A stretch of 64,000 nucleotides of DNA from an uncultured bacterium (GCA_903829945.1 CAIKRV010000063.1:26502-90501), one strand, 5' to 3'; shown: positions 20,312 through 29,759, counted from the stretch's first letter. Notes: generated by a model not told the origin, from the sequence alone. Made by a program: numbers and translations.

Positions 20312-20339
20312 AAAAGCCGATATTTTATCGGCTTTTTTT
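20312..20339 (+). terminator. Intrinsic terminator closing the hairpin array (possibly bidirectional)
   Basis: AAAAGCCGATA-ttt-TATCGGCTTTTTTT; 7-T run on +, 4-A run on the other side. Confidence 0.88.
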
Positions 20340-20391
20340 ATGTCTTTTAGCTAACGCTAAAATTAGTTTATCAGTATTATGGACTCAGCAC

Positions 20392-21429
20392 TTATTTATA
20401 GTATTTGTACTTATAGATGGCAGCTACGCTGCCATCAGCATCCGTAAATACTTCAAGTAATAGTTTACCTGAAGCATCATATGTATATGTATATCTATAT
20501 ATTAATACTCCAGGTGCGGTGCTGCGTTTCAGTTCCGTTAAATTGCCTTGCTTATCATATTTATATTTTGTTACGTAGCCCCATTGTTCATGTTGAGGTT
20601 CTTCATATTCATCATAAACATGGCCGGATTTATCGTATTTATACTTGATAAATTTGGTAATGGTATCCTTATCAAAATACTGCTTTTCAATAATTCTTTG
20701 ATTTTTATCCCTAAAGTATCGGTATCCTTCTGTTACAGCTCCGTCTTCTAAGGTTTTACGACCCATTGGCAAATCTGAATCATCATAAATACACTCCTCC
20801 ACCTCCCGGAGGGCATCTTGATCATCATAATATTTATATTTGGTAATCAATCCTTTAGGAGTACGTTCATAATCCACTTTAGGGAAGACCACACTTTTAT
20901 ATCCAAATATTTCTTTTTCAGATAAATACCCTTTTTCGTAGCGATAAAAACGATTCCCACGCAAGGTGTCTTTTTCTGCAGAATTAATTGCAAAGGTATA
21001 TCGATCACTGCTGCTTAGATAGCCATTGCTATCGTTATAACTATATTTAGTACTATCATACAAGTAGCGACCACCTTCGTAATGCGTTGATACAGAAGCA
21101 TTTATTTTACAATTTGGTAAATAATGCAATTTATGATGCAGTTCAATTTTACAAGGATCATTACCTTCATGAAGACATCCATTCAGGAATATAGGCTTAT
21201 AACCGGCATCCAATTTTAATTCAAATACTTTTTCAGGATGGGTATTTAAAATAGTATCCGCACCGGAATACCTGTAAACTTCCATACCATGGAGCTTATT
21301 CAATCTAAAGAGTTTTAAATCAATGCCATGTTCCGGAATTTGTGGAATGCCTTGATCATCATTTAGCTCATATTGCGCAAAGCAAATCTGACTCAAGCAA
21401 AGCAGGATAAAGGTAAATATTATTGGCAT
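20392..21429 (-). CDS. Secreted protein with YD/Rhs-like Tyr-rich beta repeats
   Basis: Signal peptide (..QICFA-Q), repeated Y-x-Y-D-x-x-G-x-L units (YKYDKSGH, YKYDKQGNL, YTYDASGKL). Confidence 0.75.
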   Translation of the reverse strand: MPIIFTFILLCLSQICFAQYELNDDQGIPQIPEHGIDLKLFRLNKLHGMEVYRYSGADTILNTHPEKVFELKLDAGYKPIFLNGCLHEGNDPCKIELHHKLHYLPNCKINASVSTHYEGGRYLYDSTKYSYNDSNGYLSSSDRYTFAINSAEKDTLRGNRFYRYEKGYLSEKEIFGYKSVVFPKVDYERTPKGLITKYKYYDDQDALREVEECIYDDSDLPMGRKTLEDGAVTEGYRYFRDKNQRIIEKQYFDKDTITKFIKYKYDKSGHVYDEYEEPQHEQWGYVTKYKYDKQGNLTELKRSTAPGVLIYRYTYTYDASGKLLLEVFTDADGSVAAIYKYKYYK

Positions 21430-21569
21430 TGGCAAGGGCAAAAATAACTAAAATACACGCAAATCTTCTACTTTGGATGCACTTGAAATTGATAAAAAAA
21501 CGATTTTATACCATTTTATAAGGTAAATCTAATTAATTTCGCACGATTTTTAAAACTTAAGAAGCTTAT

Positions 21570-23747
21570 ATGAATTTACTGTACGGAGTACTCGCCACAG
21601 CCGTTGTGGGCTTGATTTTCAGCATGATTAAAACATCCTGGATTTCAAAACAAGATGCAGGTGACGACACCATGAAGAAGATTGCGAAGCATATTGCCGA
21701 TGGAGCACTTGCTTTCCTTAAAGCCGAATACAAGGCACTTTCCATCTTCGTTATTTTTGTAGCCATCCTTTTAGGATTATTGGCCAATCCTCAAACTTCC
21801 CACTGGCTAATAGCCGTGGCCTTTATTTTAGGTGCCTTCTTATCTGCATTTGCAGGTTTCTTGGGGATGCGCATCGCTACCAAAGCCAATGTACGTACCA
21901 CCCAAGCGGCGCGTACCAGCCTTTCCAAAGCCTTAAATGTATCTTTTTCAGGTGGAACGGTGATGGGAATCAATGTGGTTTCCTTAGGTATTCTTGGCAT
22001 TAGCCTGTTGTTTATTCTTTTTACCAATTATGCACCGATCGGCGGTGAAAATGGTAATGATATTCATAAAATTCTTGAAGTATTAATCGGATTCTCCTTA
22101 GGAGCTGAAAGCATTGCCTTATTTGCACGTGTAGGTGGCGGTATTTATACCAAAGCAGCCGACGTAGGTGCAGACTTAGTGGGTAAAGTTGAAGCCGGCA
22201 TTCCTGAAGATGACCCGCGCAACCCTGCCGTAATTGCCGATAACGTTGGTGATAACGTTGGTGACGTAGCCGGAATGGGTGCCGATTTATTCGGCTCCTT
22301 TGTAAGTACCATTCTCGCCACTATGGTTTTGGGTGCTTCCGTAAGTACCACCGGCGGGTTCAATATTAATACGGTACTATTGCCGGTATTATTAGCGGCC
22401 AGCGGTATTATTTTCTCCATTATCGGTTCATTGTTTGTTCGCGTAAAAGAAGGTGGTAATCCGCAAACGGCATTAAATATCGGAAATTTCGGTGCCGTAA
22501 TATTAATGGCTGCTTCCGCTTATTTTATTATCACAGGAATCCTTCCAAATGATATGACGGCCAGCGGTATTGCATTCCATCCTTTGGATGTATTTTATTC
22601 CGTAATTATAGGATTATCCGTAGGTACTTTGGTAAGTTTAGTTATTGAACATTATACTTCTATGGGTAGAAACCCGGTGAAGTTCATTGCTCGCCAATCA
22701 TCCACAGGTGCGGCAACTAATATAATTGCCGGCTTAAGTGTAGGTATGTTATCTACTGCTTTACCGGTATTGATTCTTGCTACCGGGATTATCCTGGCAC
22801 ATGCCACTGCAGGCCTATACGGTGTAGCTATCGCCGCCTCAGGCATGATGGCTACTACCGGCATCCAATTGGCGATTGATGCCTTTGGACCGATTGCAGA
22901 CAATGCGGGCGGTATTGCAGAAATGAGCCACTTGCCTAAAGAAGTTCGTGAAAAAACGGATGTATTAGATTCCGTAGGAAATACTACTGCTGCAATTGGA
23001 AAAGGTTTTGCCATTGCCTCCGCAGCACTAACCTCTTTAGCGATGTTCAGCGCCTTTATGGAAACCTCCAAATTGAGTGTTATTGATATTGCCAATGCGA
23101 AAGTATTGGGCGGTTTATTAATCGGCGGTATGATTCCATTCTTATTCTCATCCTTCTGTATGCGTGCGGTGGGTGATGCTGCCAATGCCATGGTGGAAGA
23201 AGTAAGACGTCAGTTCCGTGAAATAAAAGGCATTTTGGAAGGTACAGCAGAAGCAGATTATGAAAAATGCGTAGCGATTTCCACTCAAGCGGCCATTCGC
23301 CACATGATTATTCCGGGTGCTTTGGCTTTGGTATCTCCAATAGTCATTGGATTTATTTTAGGCCCAGAAGCTTTAGGCGGATTTTTATCCGGCGTTTTGG
23401 TTTCCGGGGTAATGATGGCATTTTTCCAATCCAATGCCGGTGGTGCATGGGATAATGCTAAGAAGATTTTTGAAAAAGGCGTAGAAATTAAAGGCGAAAT
23501 GTTTTATAAAGGTTCAGAGCCGCATAAAGCTGCCGTAGTAGGTGATACCGTTGGTGATCCATTTAAAGATACCTCCGGACCTTCCCTTAATATTTTAATT
23601 AAGTTGGTATCCATCGTAGCCATGGTTATAGCACCCATCCTACCGATGGCTACCCAAACCGGTACCGCCAAAGCCATCGAGAAAACAAGTATTAATAAAA
23701 CTGTTATTTCCGCTGCCAATACCGGTACTGAAAATAGCACGAAATAA
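21570..23747 (+). CDS. hppA: Membrane-integral ion-translocating pyrophosphatase (K+-dependent type)
   Basis: GGGIYTKAADVGADLVGKVEAGIPEDDPRNP, DNVGDNVGD, GNTTAA, GDTVGDPFKD. Confidence 0.96.
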   Translation: MNLLYGVLATAVVGLIFSMIKTSWISKQDAGDDTMKKIAKHIADGALAFLKAEYKALSIFVIFVAILLGLLANPQTSHWLIAVAFILGAFLSAFAGFLGMRIATKANVRTTQAARTSLSKALNVSFSGGTVMGINVVSLGILGISLLFILFTNYAPIGGENGNDIHKILEVLIGFSLGAESIALFARVGGGIYTKAADVGADLVGKVEAGIPEDDPRNPAVIADNVGDNVGDVAGMGADLFGSFVSTILATMVLGASVSTTGGFNINTVLLPVLLAASGIIFSIIGSLFVRVKEGGNPQTALNIGNFGAVILMAASAYFIITGILPNDMTASGIAFHPLDVFYSVIIGLSVGTLVSLVIEHYTSMGRNPVKFIARQSSTGAATNIIAGLSVGMLSTALPVLILATGIILAHATAGLYGVAIAASGMMATTGIQLAIDAFGPIADNAGGIAEMSHLPKEVREKTDVLDSVGNTTAAIGKGFAIASAALTSLAMFSAFMETSKLSVIDIANAKVLGGLLIGGMIPFLFSSFCMRAVGDAANAMVEEVRRQFREIKGILEGTAEADYEKCVAISTQAAIRHMIIPGALALVSPIVIGFILGPEALGGFLSGVLVSGVMMAFFQSNAGGAWDNAKKIFEKGVEIKGEMFYKGSEPHKAAVVGDTVGDPFKDTSGPSLNILIKLVSIVAMVIAPILPMATQTGTAKAIEKTSINKTVISAANTGTENSTK

Positions 23748-23765
23748 ATATTCGAATTATCTAAT

Positions 23766-23803
23766 AAACAAGAAAGCCTTCCCATGGAAGGCTTTCTTGT
23801 TTT
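23766..23803 (+). terminator. Intrinsic terminator after hppA
   Basis: AAACAAGAAAGCCTTCC-cat-GGAAGGCTTTCTTGTTT. Confidence 0.85.
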
Positions 23804-23959
23804 AGGGAAGGTTAAGAAATTAAATAATGGGGCAATTAGAGATGTAACCCGGTCGTTTTATACTTTTGGAGCAATGCCGGAACTAAGTGTGAACAATATC
23901 CAACTCAATGATCTATGGCCTATCTTCGTAGAATAAGTAATAATTATAAGTAATGCAGG

Positions 23960-24577
23960 ATGATAAAATTATTAATAAGACTAAATACAAAACCTACTTT
24001 TATTTCTTTAACATGTTTAGTATTGTTTATTATTTCTATTCCATTAGAAATTTACAATTACCATCATAGCGTTTCATCTACCCTTGGATGGTTCTTGTTG
24101 TTTATGATTTTGTTTTATATTATTCTTTGCGTGCTATACCTAATCGATAGAGTACTCGTCAAACTAATAAAAATAAATACGAGGCTATTAAGTATCCTGG
24201 AAATTGTATTTACCTTGTGTTTTTATTTATTATTTAAATACTATACAAGACAACTCAATCTAGACTGTGTAAATTCCAAGCAAGCATTTATTTTAATAAT
24301 TGAAAACCCGGGCAATCTTAGCAACAGCCCTTATACCGCTAAATCACTATTTGATAAAGAAATTAGTACCAAGGATAACTTGATTATTGTAAATCATATT
24401 CCCAATAATATTAACCTTAATGATCCTCCTAAATTTTGGAAGGGAAGTTATTATTACAATAAATATGTATTCACTAAGTACAAAAATGTTGTTTTGTATT
24501 CAAAACCGGATTTAAACATAGATCATCGCATTTCCGAAAGATTTATTGATAGCCTAATGGAACGTAAAAAGTATTGA
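23960..24577 (+). CDS. Hypothetical membrane protein
   Basis: 205 aa; three hydrophobic N-terminal segments and a soluble C-terminus; very AT-rich. Confidence 0.65.
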   Translation: MIKLLIRLNTKPTFISLTCLVLFIISIPLEIYNYHHSVSSTLGWFLLFMILFYIILCVLYLIDRVLVKLIKINTRLLSILEIVFTLCFYLLFKYYTRQLNLDCVNSKQAFILIIENPGNLSNSPYTAKSLFDKEISTKDNLIIVNHIPNNINLNDPPKFWKGSYYYNKYVFTKYKNVVLYSKPDLNIDHRISERFIDSLMERKKY

Positions 24578-24700
24578 TAAGGTTAGTTTTATATTATAAT
24601 TCTTTGCATAAAAATAAATCAAAAGCATGGTTTGTCCGAAATCAGGTTTTCTTGTTGTTTGAAATTATTGTTTATCTTTGTTTATACAAAATTTTCATCA

Positions 24701-24823
24701 ATGAAAAACTATTCAACCTTAAAGCCACTTGGGATATTTCTTTACACTTTTGCATTATTAATTAATATTCAATACGTTAAAGGGCAAAAAATAGATTTTA
24801 AAAAGCAATTAGTAGAATTATGA
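24701..24823 (+). pseudogene. 40-aa signal-peptide-only ORF (gene remnant or micropeptide)
   Basis: MKNYSTLKPLGIFLYTFALLINIQYVKG-QKIDFKKQLVEL*; TATCTTTG box at 24673-24680; stop overlaps the next start (ATGA). Confidence 0.45.
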
Positions 24824-26286
24824 AGAACATACTAATTTTCTTTTTAATGATGACATTAATGTCTAACCATTCGAATGCACAACATGCCTTCCATCGCATT
24901 TACGGTGATTCAGTTTCAACACAAAATGCCTCAATGGTAAAAGAAGTACCGGGCGGTTATATAATATATGGCACCAAACAAGATATTAATGGTAATGGAA
25001 CCTTAAATATATGCAAATTAAATACACACGCCGATACCATCTTCACCAAACAGATTTTCCCACCTAATGCATCTATTACTTCTATTGTAAACTATAATTC
25101 AATGGACGATTCTTATACCTTCGGTGCTTTAAGTGATTCCGGTAAATCTGTTTTTCTTATACTCATTAAAGTCAATAATTCGGGTTCGATTGTCACTCAA
25201 AATAAATTTTTACTTCAAATTGATACTTTTAACAAAATAATTAGAATCAATATTGTGGTTTCACCGGATAAAGGCAATATAATTTCCGGGCTTTATAATC
25301 TTAATAACAAAGCATCTGCCTTTTTAGTAAAGTTAGATTCTGTAGGACGGACGAAATGGGTTGTATCATCTTATCATCCTGTAGAATTTTCTTATATGAA
25401 TGGTTTTTATGTCGGGAATAATTTTATCATTGCAGGACTTGGAATTAAAAATTACGAATCGGGTATAGATTTTTCACTAATAGATTCAACAGGGCATTTA
25501 ATAAAATCCAAGTTTTATATTTTGAATACCTCTCCTACCACTGAAATATTAGGCTCGGCAACTCAAAACCACTTGACCATCCAATTTGATCAGTCTCGGT
25601 ATTATTCTCAGAAAAATGGCTTGGTGACTAAACCTACTTATATGCGAATAAATCAAAATCTTGATACTATTTGGATGCGAAGTATAGTTCCATCTGATAC
25701 GTTCAATTATCCTGATTGTATTCCTTATGCTGTATGTTTGACTCATGCTCCAAATTCTTCGATTTTAGTAAATTGGGCAGCTAGCGTTTATGCATTTAAT
25801 AATGGACTAACCTTAATTGATTCCAATGGCAATTTCATTTGGACCAAAAGTATTGATAAAATTGATTCCTTACCGAAGAATTCTCTAAAAATATTTTCTT
25901 CAATTATACCAACGGACGACGGTGGATGTGCTTTGGTAGGTTATTTAAGAATTCCCTATATAATTAAAACAAGTTATTTTTATTACTTTCTTAAAATAGA
26001 TTCATTATTTTCTTATACAGGAATCGAATCTATAAAGTTTATAGATAAAAACATTAATATTTATCCAAATCCGGCAAATTCTTCATTCGTAATTAACTCT
26101 CAGCAATCAATGAACAATGCATTGATAAATCTTTATAATTTACAAGGACAACTCGTACAGAGCTATCCAAATCTTAGTGGAACATCACTAATTATTCCCC
26201 GCAATAATCTTCCTGCAGGAGTTTATCTATTAAAAATACAAGATAGCCAGAATCAACCCTATTTTACGAAGGTTATATATAATTAG
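24820..26286 (+). CDS. T9SS type A sorting domain-containing secreted protein
   Basis: Signal peptide; repeated (V/L)KLDSxG..W units; CTD INIYPNPAN...LYNLQGQLV...LPAGVYLLKI...TKVI. Confidence 0.9.
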   Translation: MKNILIFFLMMTLMSNHSNAQHAFHRIYGDSVSTQNASMVKEVPGGYIIYGTKQDINGNGTLNICKLNTHADTIFTKQIFPPNASITSIVNYNSMDDSYTFGALSDSGKSVFLILIKVNNSGSIVTQNKFLLQIDTFNKIIRINIVVSPDKGNIISGLYNLNNKASAFLVKLDSVGRTKWVVSSYHPVEFSYMNGFYVGNNFIIAGLGIKNYESGIDFSLIDSTGHLIKSKFYILNTSPTTEILGSATQNHLTIQFDQSRYYSQKNGLVTKPTYMRINQNLDTIWMRSIVPSDTFNYPDCIPYAVCLTHAPNSSILVNWAASVYAFNNGLTLIDSNGNFIWTKSIDKIDSLPKNSLKIFSSIIPTDDGGCALVGYLRIPYIIKTSYFYYFLKIDSLFSYTGIESIKFIDKNINIYPNPANSSFVINSQQSMNNALINLYNLQGQLVQSYPNLSGTSLIIPRNNLPAGVYLLKIQDSQNQPYFTKVIYN

Positions 26287-26390
26287 AGTTAATTAATTTA
26301 AATTCGATATGGCTCAATAGGCTCCCATAGTCTTTGCAATCACTTGCTCATGGTGAAACTATATAGTAAATAAGTCTCTTCGATCCATAT

Positions 26391-26431
26391 AAAAACATAA
26401 GGCCGCCCTAAAAGGACGGCCTTATGTTTTT
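26391..26431. terminator. Bidirectional intrinsic terminator between the T9SS gene and ettA
   Basis: AAAAACATAAGGCCG.CCT / AGG.CGGCCTTATGTTTTT. Confidence 0.85.
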
Positions 26432-26446
26432 AGTAATATTTATTAT

Positions 26447-28132
26447 TTATACCGTAAGTTTTTTAAATCTTGGTCTGCGCGGTTCATGGTCGCCCAAGCG
26501 TTTTTTCTTGGCTTCTTCATATTCGGTATAGTCGCCCTCGTACCAATACCATTGGCTATCGCCTTCATAAGCCAATATATGCGTCGCAATTCTATCCAGG
26601 AACCAACGATCATGCGTAATGATGACTGCGCATCCTGCAAAATTATCCAGGGCTTCTTCTAAGGCACGCAGGGTATTTATATCTATATCATTGGTAGGCT
26701 CATCCAGTAATAATACATTTGCCTCCTGTTTTAAGGTCATCGCCAAATGCAATCGATTTCTTTCTCCTCCGGAGAGCACGCCCACTTTCTTTTGTTGGTC
26801 GGCCCCGGAAAAGTTAAATTTAGAAACATAGGCCCTGGAGGGCATACTTACTTTTCCTAATTCTATAATTTCATTGCCGCCGGAAATAACTTCCCAAACC
26901 GTCTTTTCAGGATCTATTTCCGCATGCATTTGGTCCACGTAGGATATTTTCACCGTCTCACCCGTTTCAAAGGAGCCGGAATCTGCGCCTTCCAATCCCA
27001 TGATCATTTTAAAAATAGTGGTTTTACCGGCACCATTCGGGCCTATAATGCCCACTATACCCGCAGGGGGCAAGGAAAAGGTCAAATTTTCCATCAGGAT
27101 ACGATCCCCGAAAGATTTATTCACATTGACGGCTTCTATAACTTTAGTACCTAATCGAGGACCATTCGGAATAAAGAGCTCCAATTTTGCTTCTTTCTCC
27201 TTATTGTCTTCATTCATGAGCTTATCATAGGCATTTAAGCGGGCTTTACCTTTGGCTTGTCTGGCTTTAGGCGCCATCCGTGCCCATTCCAATTCTCTTT
27301 GCAAGGTTTTCTGACGTTTGCTTTCCTGCTTTTCTTCCTGGGCTAAGCGTTTGGTCTTTTGATCCAACCATGAGCTGTAATTCCCTTGCCAAGGAATACC
27401 TTCTCCCCTATCCAATTCCAATATCCATCCGGCCACATTATCCAGGAAGTATCTATCATGCGTTACGGCAATGACGGTTCCTTTATAGTTTTGTAAAAAT
27501 TGCTCTAACCAATCTATACTTTCCGCATCCAAGTGGTTGGTCGGCTCATCCAATAATAATATATCCGGAGTTTGCAATAATAGTCGGCACAAGGCAACCC
27601 TTCTTCTTTCACCACCGGAAAGATTTTTAATGGGGGTATCCCCTTCCGGCGTACGAAGCGCATCCATGGCTCGTTCCAATTTATTATCAATTTCCCAGGC
27701 ATCGGCAGCTTCAATTTTATCCATCAGCTCGCCTTGGCGGTCCATCAATTTTTGCAATTTATCCGGGTCGTCCAAATATTCAGGTTCTGCAAATTTATTA
27801 TTCACGTCTTCATATTCGGCCAATAAATCCATGATGGGTTGAACCCCCTCCTGTACTATTTCTTTTACGGTTTTGTTATCATCCAGTTTTGGCTCTTGGG
27901 GCAAATAACCCACCGAATAGCCGGGTGAAAATACTACTTCCCCGTTAAAACTTTTTTCTTCGCCTGCTATAATGCGTAATAAGGTAGATTTACCGGAGCC
28001 GTTCAAACCGATAATACCGATTTTGGCACCATAGTAAAAGCCTAAATATATATCTTTTAAAACTTGTTTCTGCGGAGGGAAAATCTTGGAGACTTTCACC
28101 ATGGAAAATATTACTTTTTTATCGTCAGCCAT
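26447..28132 (-). CDS. ettA: Energy-dependent translational throttle ABC-F protein
   Basis: MADDKKVIFSM start; two ABC domains (GLNGSGKST, LSGGERRR; GPNGAGKTT, LSGGERNR); TATCTTTG box at 28162-28169 (-). Confidence 0.95.
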   Translation of the reverse strand: MADDKKVIFSMVKVSKIFPPQKQVLKDIYLGFYYGAKIGIIGLNGSGKSTLLRIIAGEEKSFNGEVVFSPGYSVGYLPQEPKLDDNKTVKEIVQEGVQPIMDLLAEYEDVNNKFAEPEYLDDPDKLQKLMDRQGELMDKIEAADAWEIDNKLERAMDALRTPEGDTPIKNLSGGERRRVALCRLLLQTPDILLLDEPTNHLDAESIDWLEQFLQNYKGTVIAVTHDRYFLDNVAGWILELDRGEGIPWQGNYSSWLDQKTKRLAQEEKQESKRQKTLQRELEWARMAPKARQAKGKARLNAYDKLMNEDNKEKEAKLELFIPNGPRLGTKVIEAVNVNKSFGDRILMENLTFSLPPAGIVGIIGPNGAGKTTIFKMIMGLEGADSGSFETGETVKISYVDQMHAEIDPEKTVWEVISGGNEIIELGKVSMPSRAYVSKFNFSGADQQKKVGVLSGGERNRLHLAMTLKQEANVLLLDEPTNDIDINTLRALEEALDNFAGCAVIITHDRWFLDRIATHILAYEGDSQWYWYEGDYTEYEEAKKKRLGDHEPRRPRFKKLTV

Positions 28133-28295
28133 AAAACTATTTATTAAATCTATAAGAACAGCAAAGATACGTGAATGCCTCTTGATTTCTGAATTTTGCA
28201 GATGAAATAAAAACTTACCCGGCAAGAAGGATGGGCCTTATCCATATAAACAATTAAAATTAGCAGAATTAAAAAATGTTACCCGCAATACATCC

Positions 28296-29759
28296 TCATC
28301 GTTTTTTAACAATAATCAATGCCTCATCATCATATATTTGTTGCCAATGGGCCGTATCCCGGAGTTCTTTTATTTTGGCCTGTTGCTGGGCATCATTGAG
28401 CGGATAGGCCGCCTTAGATTTATTTAAAACCATATAGGTACATGGAAAATTTTGAGTTGGAAACACAAAAATGCTATCGCGAAAGGCCAGGTGCGGACAA
28501 AATTCAGATTGAGCGCAAACGGACGCTTGAGCAGGAATCAATTCCAAAGCCTGGTTTACTTTTTTAACATTAAAATTAGCTTGGTAATGGGTGCCTTTAA
28601 AGAAATTATATTGCTCCTCCGGAAACCAATCGGTGCTGCGATTAAATAAAGTATAAATAGAGGAAAATCCTATTAAAAAAGTGCTAAAAATGGCCAAAAT
28701 GACTTGCTTTTTGGGATTTTTAGTTACCCATAAACACCATTCAAAAACTGCAATAGTTAGAATAGGGACAAACTCTATACAATACTGATAACATAAACCC
28801 CATTTTTCAGGGGCATCATTAAATAATTTCTGACCATATATCGGGAGCAACATGACTAAATATTTAGGACGAAAAAGCAAAGCAAATCCGCCACTTACCC
28901 ATACCATCAAATGCAATTGCGTTTTATAATTATTAAAAATTAAATCCTTTGTCGTATTGGTATATAAAAGTTTAAAAGAATAAATAGGTTTCGTTAAAAG
29001 ACATAGGAAGGCTTCATGAAAATCCTTCCCAAGGGCCTTGAATTGAAAATGTAAATATTCATGATTCCCGGCATCCAAAGCAGGCATTACCCATTTAACC
29101 ATTCCAAAAAAATAAAACAAGGCAATAAGTCCGAAAATCGATGCAAATTTTAAATTTTCCTTATTCTTACTATTGCCAATAATTAAACCAAGACAGATAA
29201 AAAAAGCCCATAAGGCCATATTTTCTTTACCTATGAGTATCAATATAAAAAACAAAGCAGCACCTTTATAGTTTTTAATATTAAAATAATATAAAAACCA
29301 AGGTACCAACATAGCTGCCACCACATTATTATGATAGTCAAATTCCAAAGCGGAATAGATGCCCCAACTGCATAAAAAAGCAGTCATGGCCAGTACAGGT
29401 ATATATTTTTGTTCGGTGCTTTTTTTAAAATAAAAATATACCCCGTAGGCTCCAAAAAGCAGTGCAATAATTTGAATAACTAATAAGGTATAGGTTCCCA
29501 AAATAAATTGAAAAGGAACAAAAAACAGCAAATACAATTCAAAATGATCTGAAAGTATATTATGTACCTTCATCAGGGAGGTATGGGCGTGCCCATGCGC
29601 ATAATTCCATAGGGCATTGGAGTATATACCTAAATCCCAAGCAAAGGTGCGGTACAAAGCATGATTAAGCAGAGAAATGGAAGAAAATACCAATGCAAAG
29701 AGTAATAAGATACTCCAAACCATTATACGTGGTTTATGGGTTTTAATTTCCTGAATCAT
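28296..29759 (-). CDS. DUF2079-like polytopic membrane protein (GT-C-like)
   Basis: WDLGIY, DHF, FDYH, KE motif pattern; many TM helices. Confidence 0.75.
   Translation of the reverse strand: MIQEIKTHKPRIMVWSILLLFALVFSSISLLNHALYRTFAWDLGIYSNALWNYAHGHAHTSLMKVHNILSDHFELYLLFFVPFQFILGTYTLLVIQIIALLFGAYGVYFYFKKSTEQKYIPVLAMTAFLCSWGIYSALEFDYHNNVVAAMLVPWFLYYFNIKNYKGAALFFILILIGKENMALWAFFICLGLIIGNSKNKENLKFASIFGLIALFYFFGMVKWVMPALDAGNHEYLHFQFKALGKDFHEAFLCLLTKPIYSFKLLYTNTTKDLIFNNYKTQLHLMVWVSGGFALLFRPKYLVMLLPIYGQKLFNDAPEKWGLCYQYCIEFVPILTIAVFEWCLWVTKNPKKQVILAIFSTFLIGFSSIYTLFNRSTDWFPEEQYNFFKGTHYQANFNVKKVNQALELIPAQASVCAQSEFCPHLAFRDSIFVFPTQNFPCTYMVLNKSKAAYPLNDAQQQAKIKELRDTAHWQQIYDDEALIIVKKR

Larger units (their letters stand above)
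19847..20339 (+). ncRNA. Putative ~490-nt multi-hairpin non-coding RNA (CCGUAA-loop array; candidate protein sponge)
   Basis: 13 hairpins with covarying stems and G-U wobbles on +, A-rich linkers, promoter box upstream, terminator downstream, no ORF; 5' end is an estimate. Confidence 0.75.

Noticed and set aside
19847..20339. Protein-coding tandem repeat
   Set aside because: The TAA in the motif falls in all three + frames because of the 25/35 spacing, and the ORF track shows no ORF on either strand here.
19847..20400. Type III toxin-antitoxin (ToxIN-like) antitoxin repeat array
   Set aside because: The promoter-repeats-terminator layout fits, but no co-oriented toxin ORF follows the terminator (the next gene is convergent), and the units are simple hairpins with variable stems.
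20392..21429. Rhs polymorphic toxin
   Set aside because: Too short, no Rhs core or DPxG cleavage motif, no toxin tip and no immunity gene.
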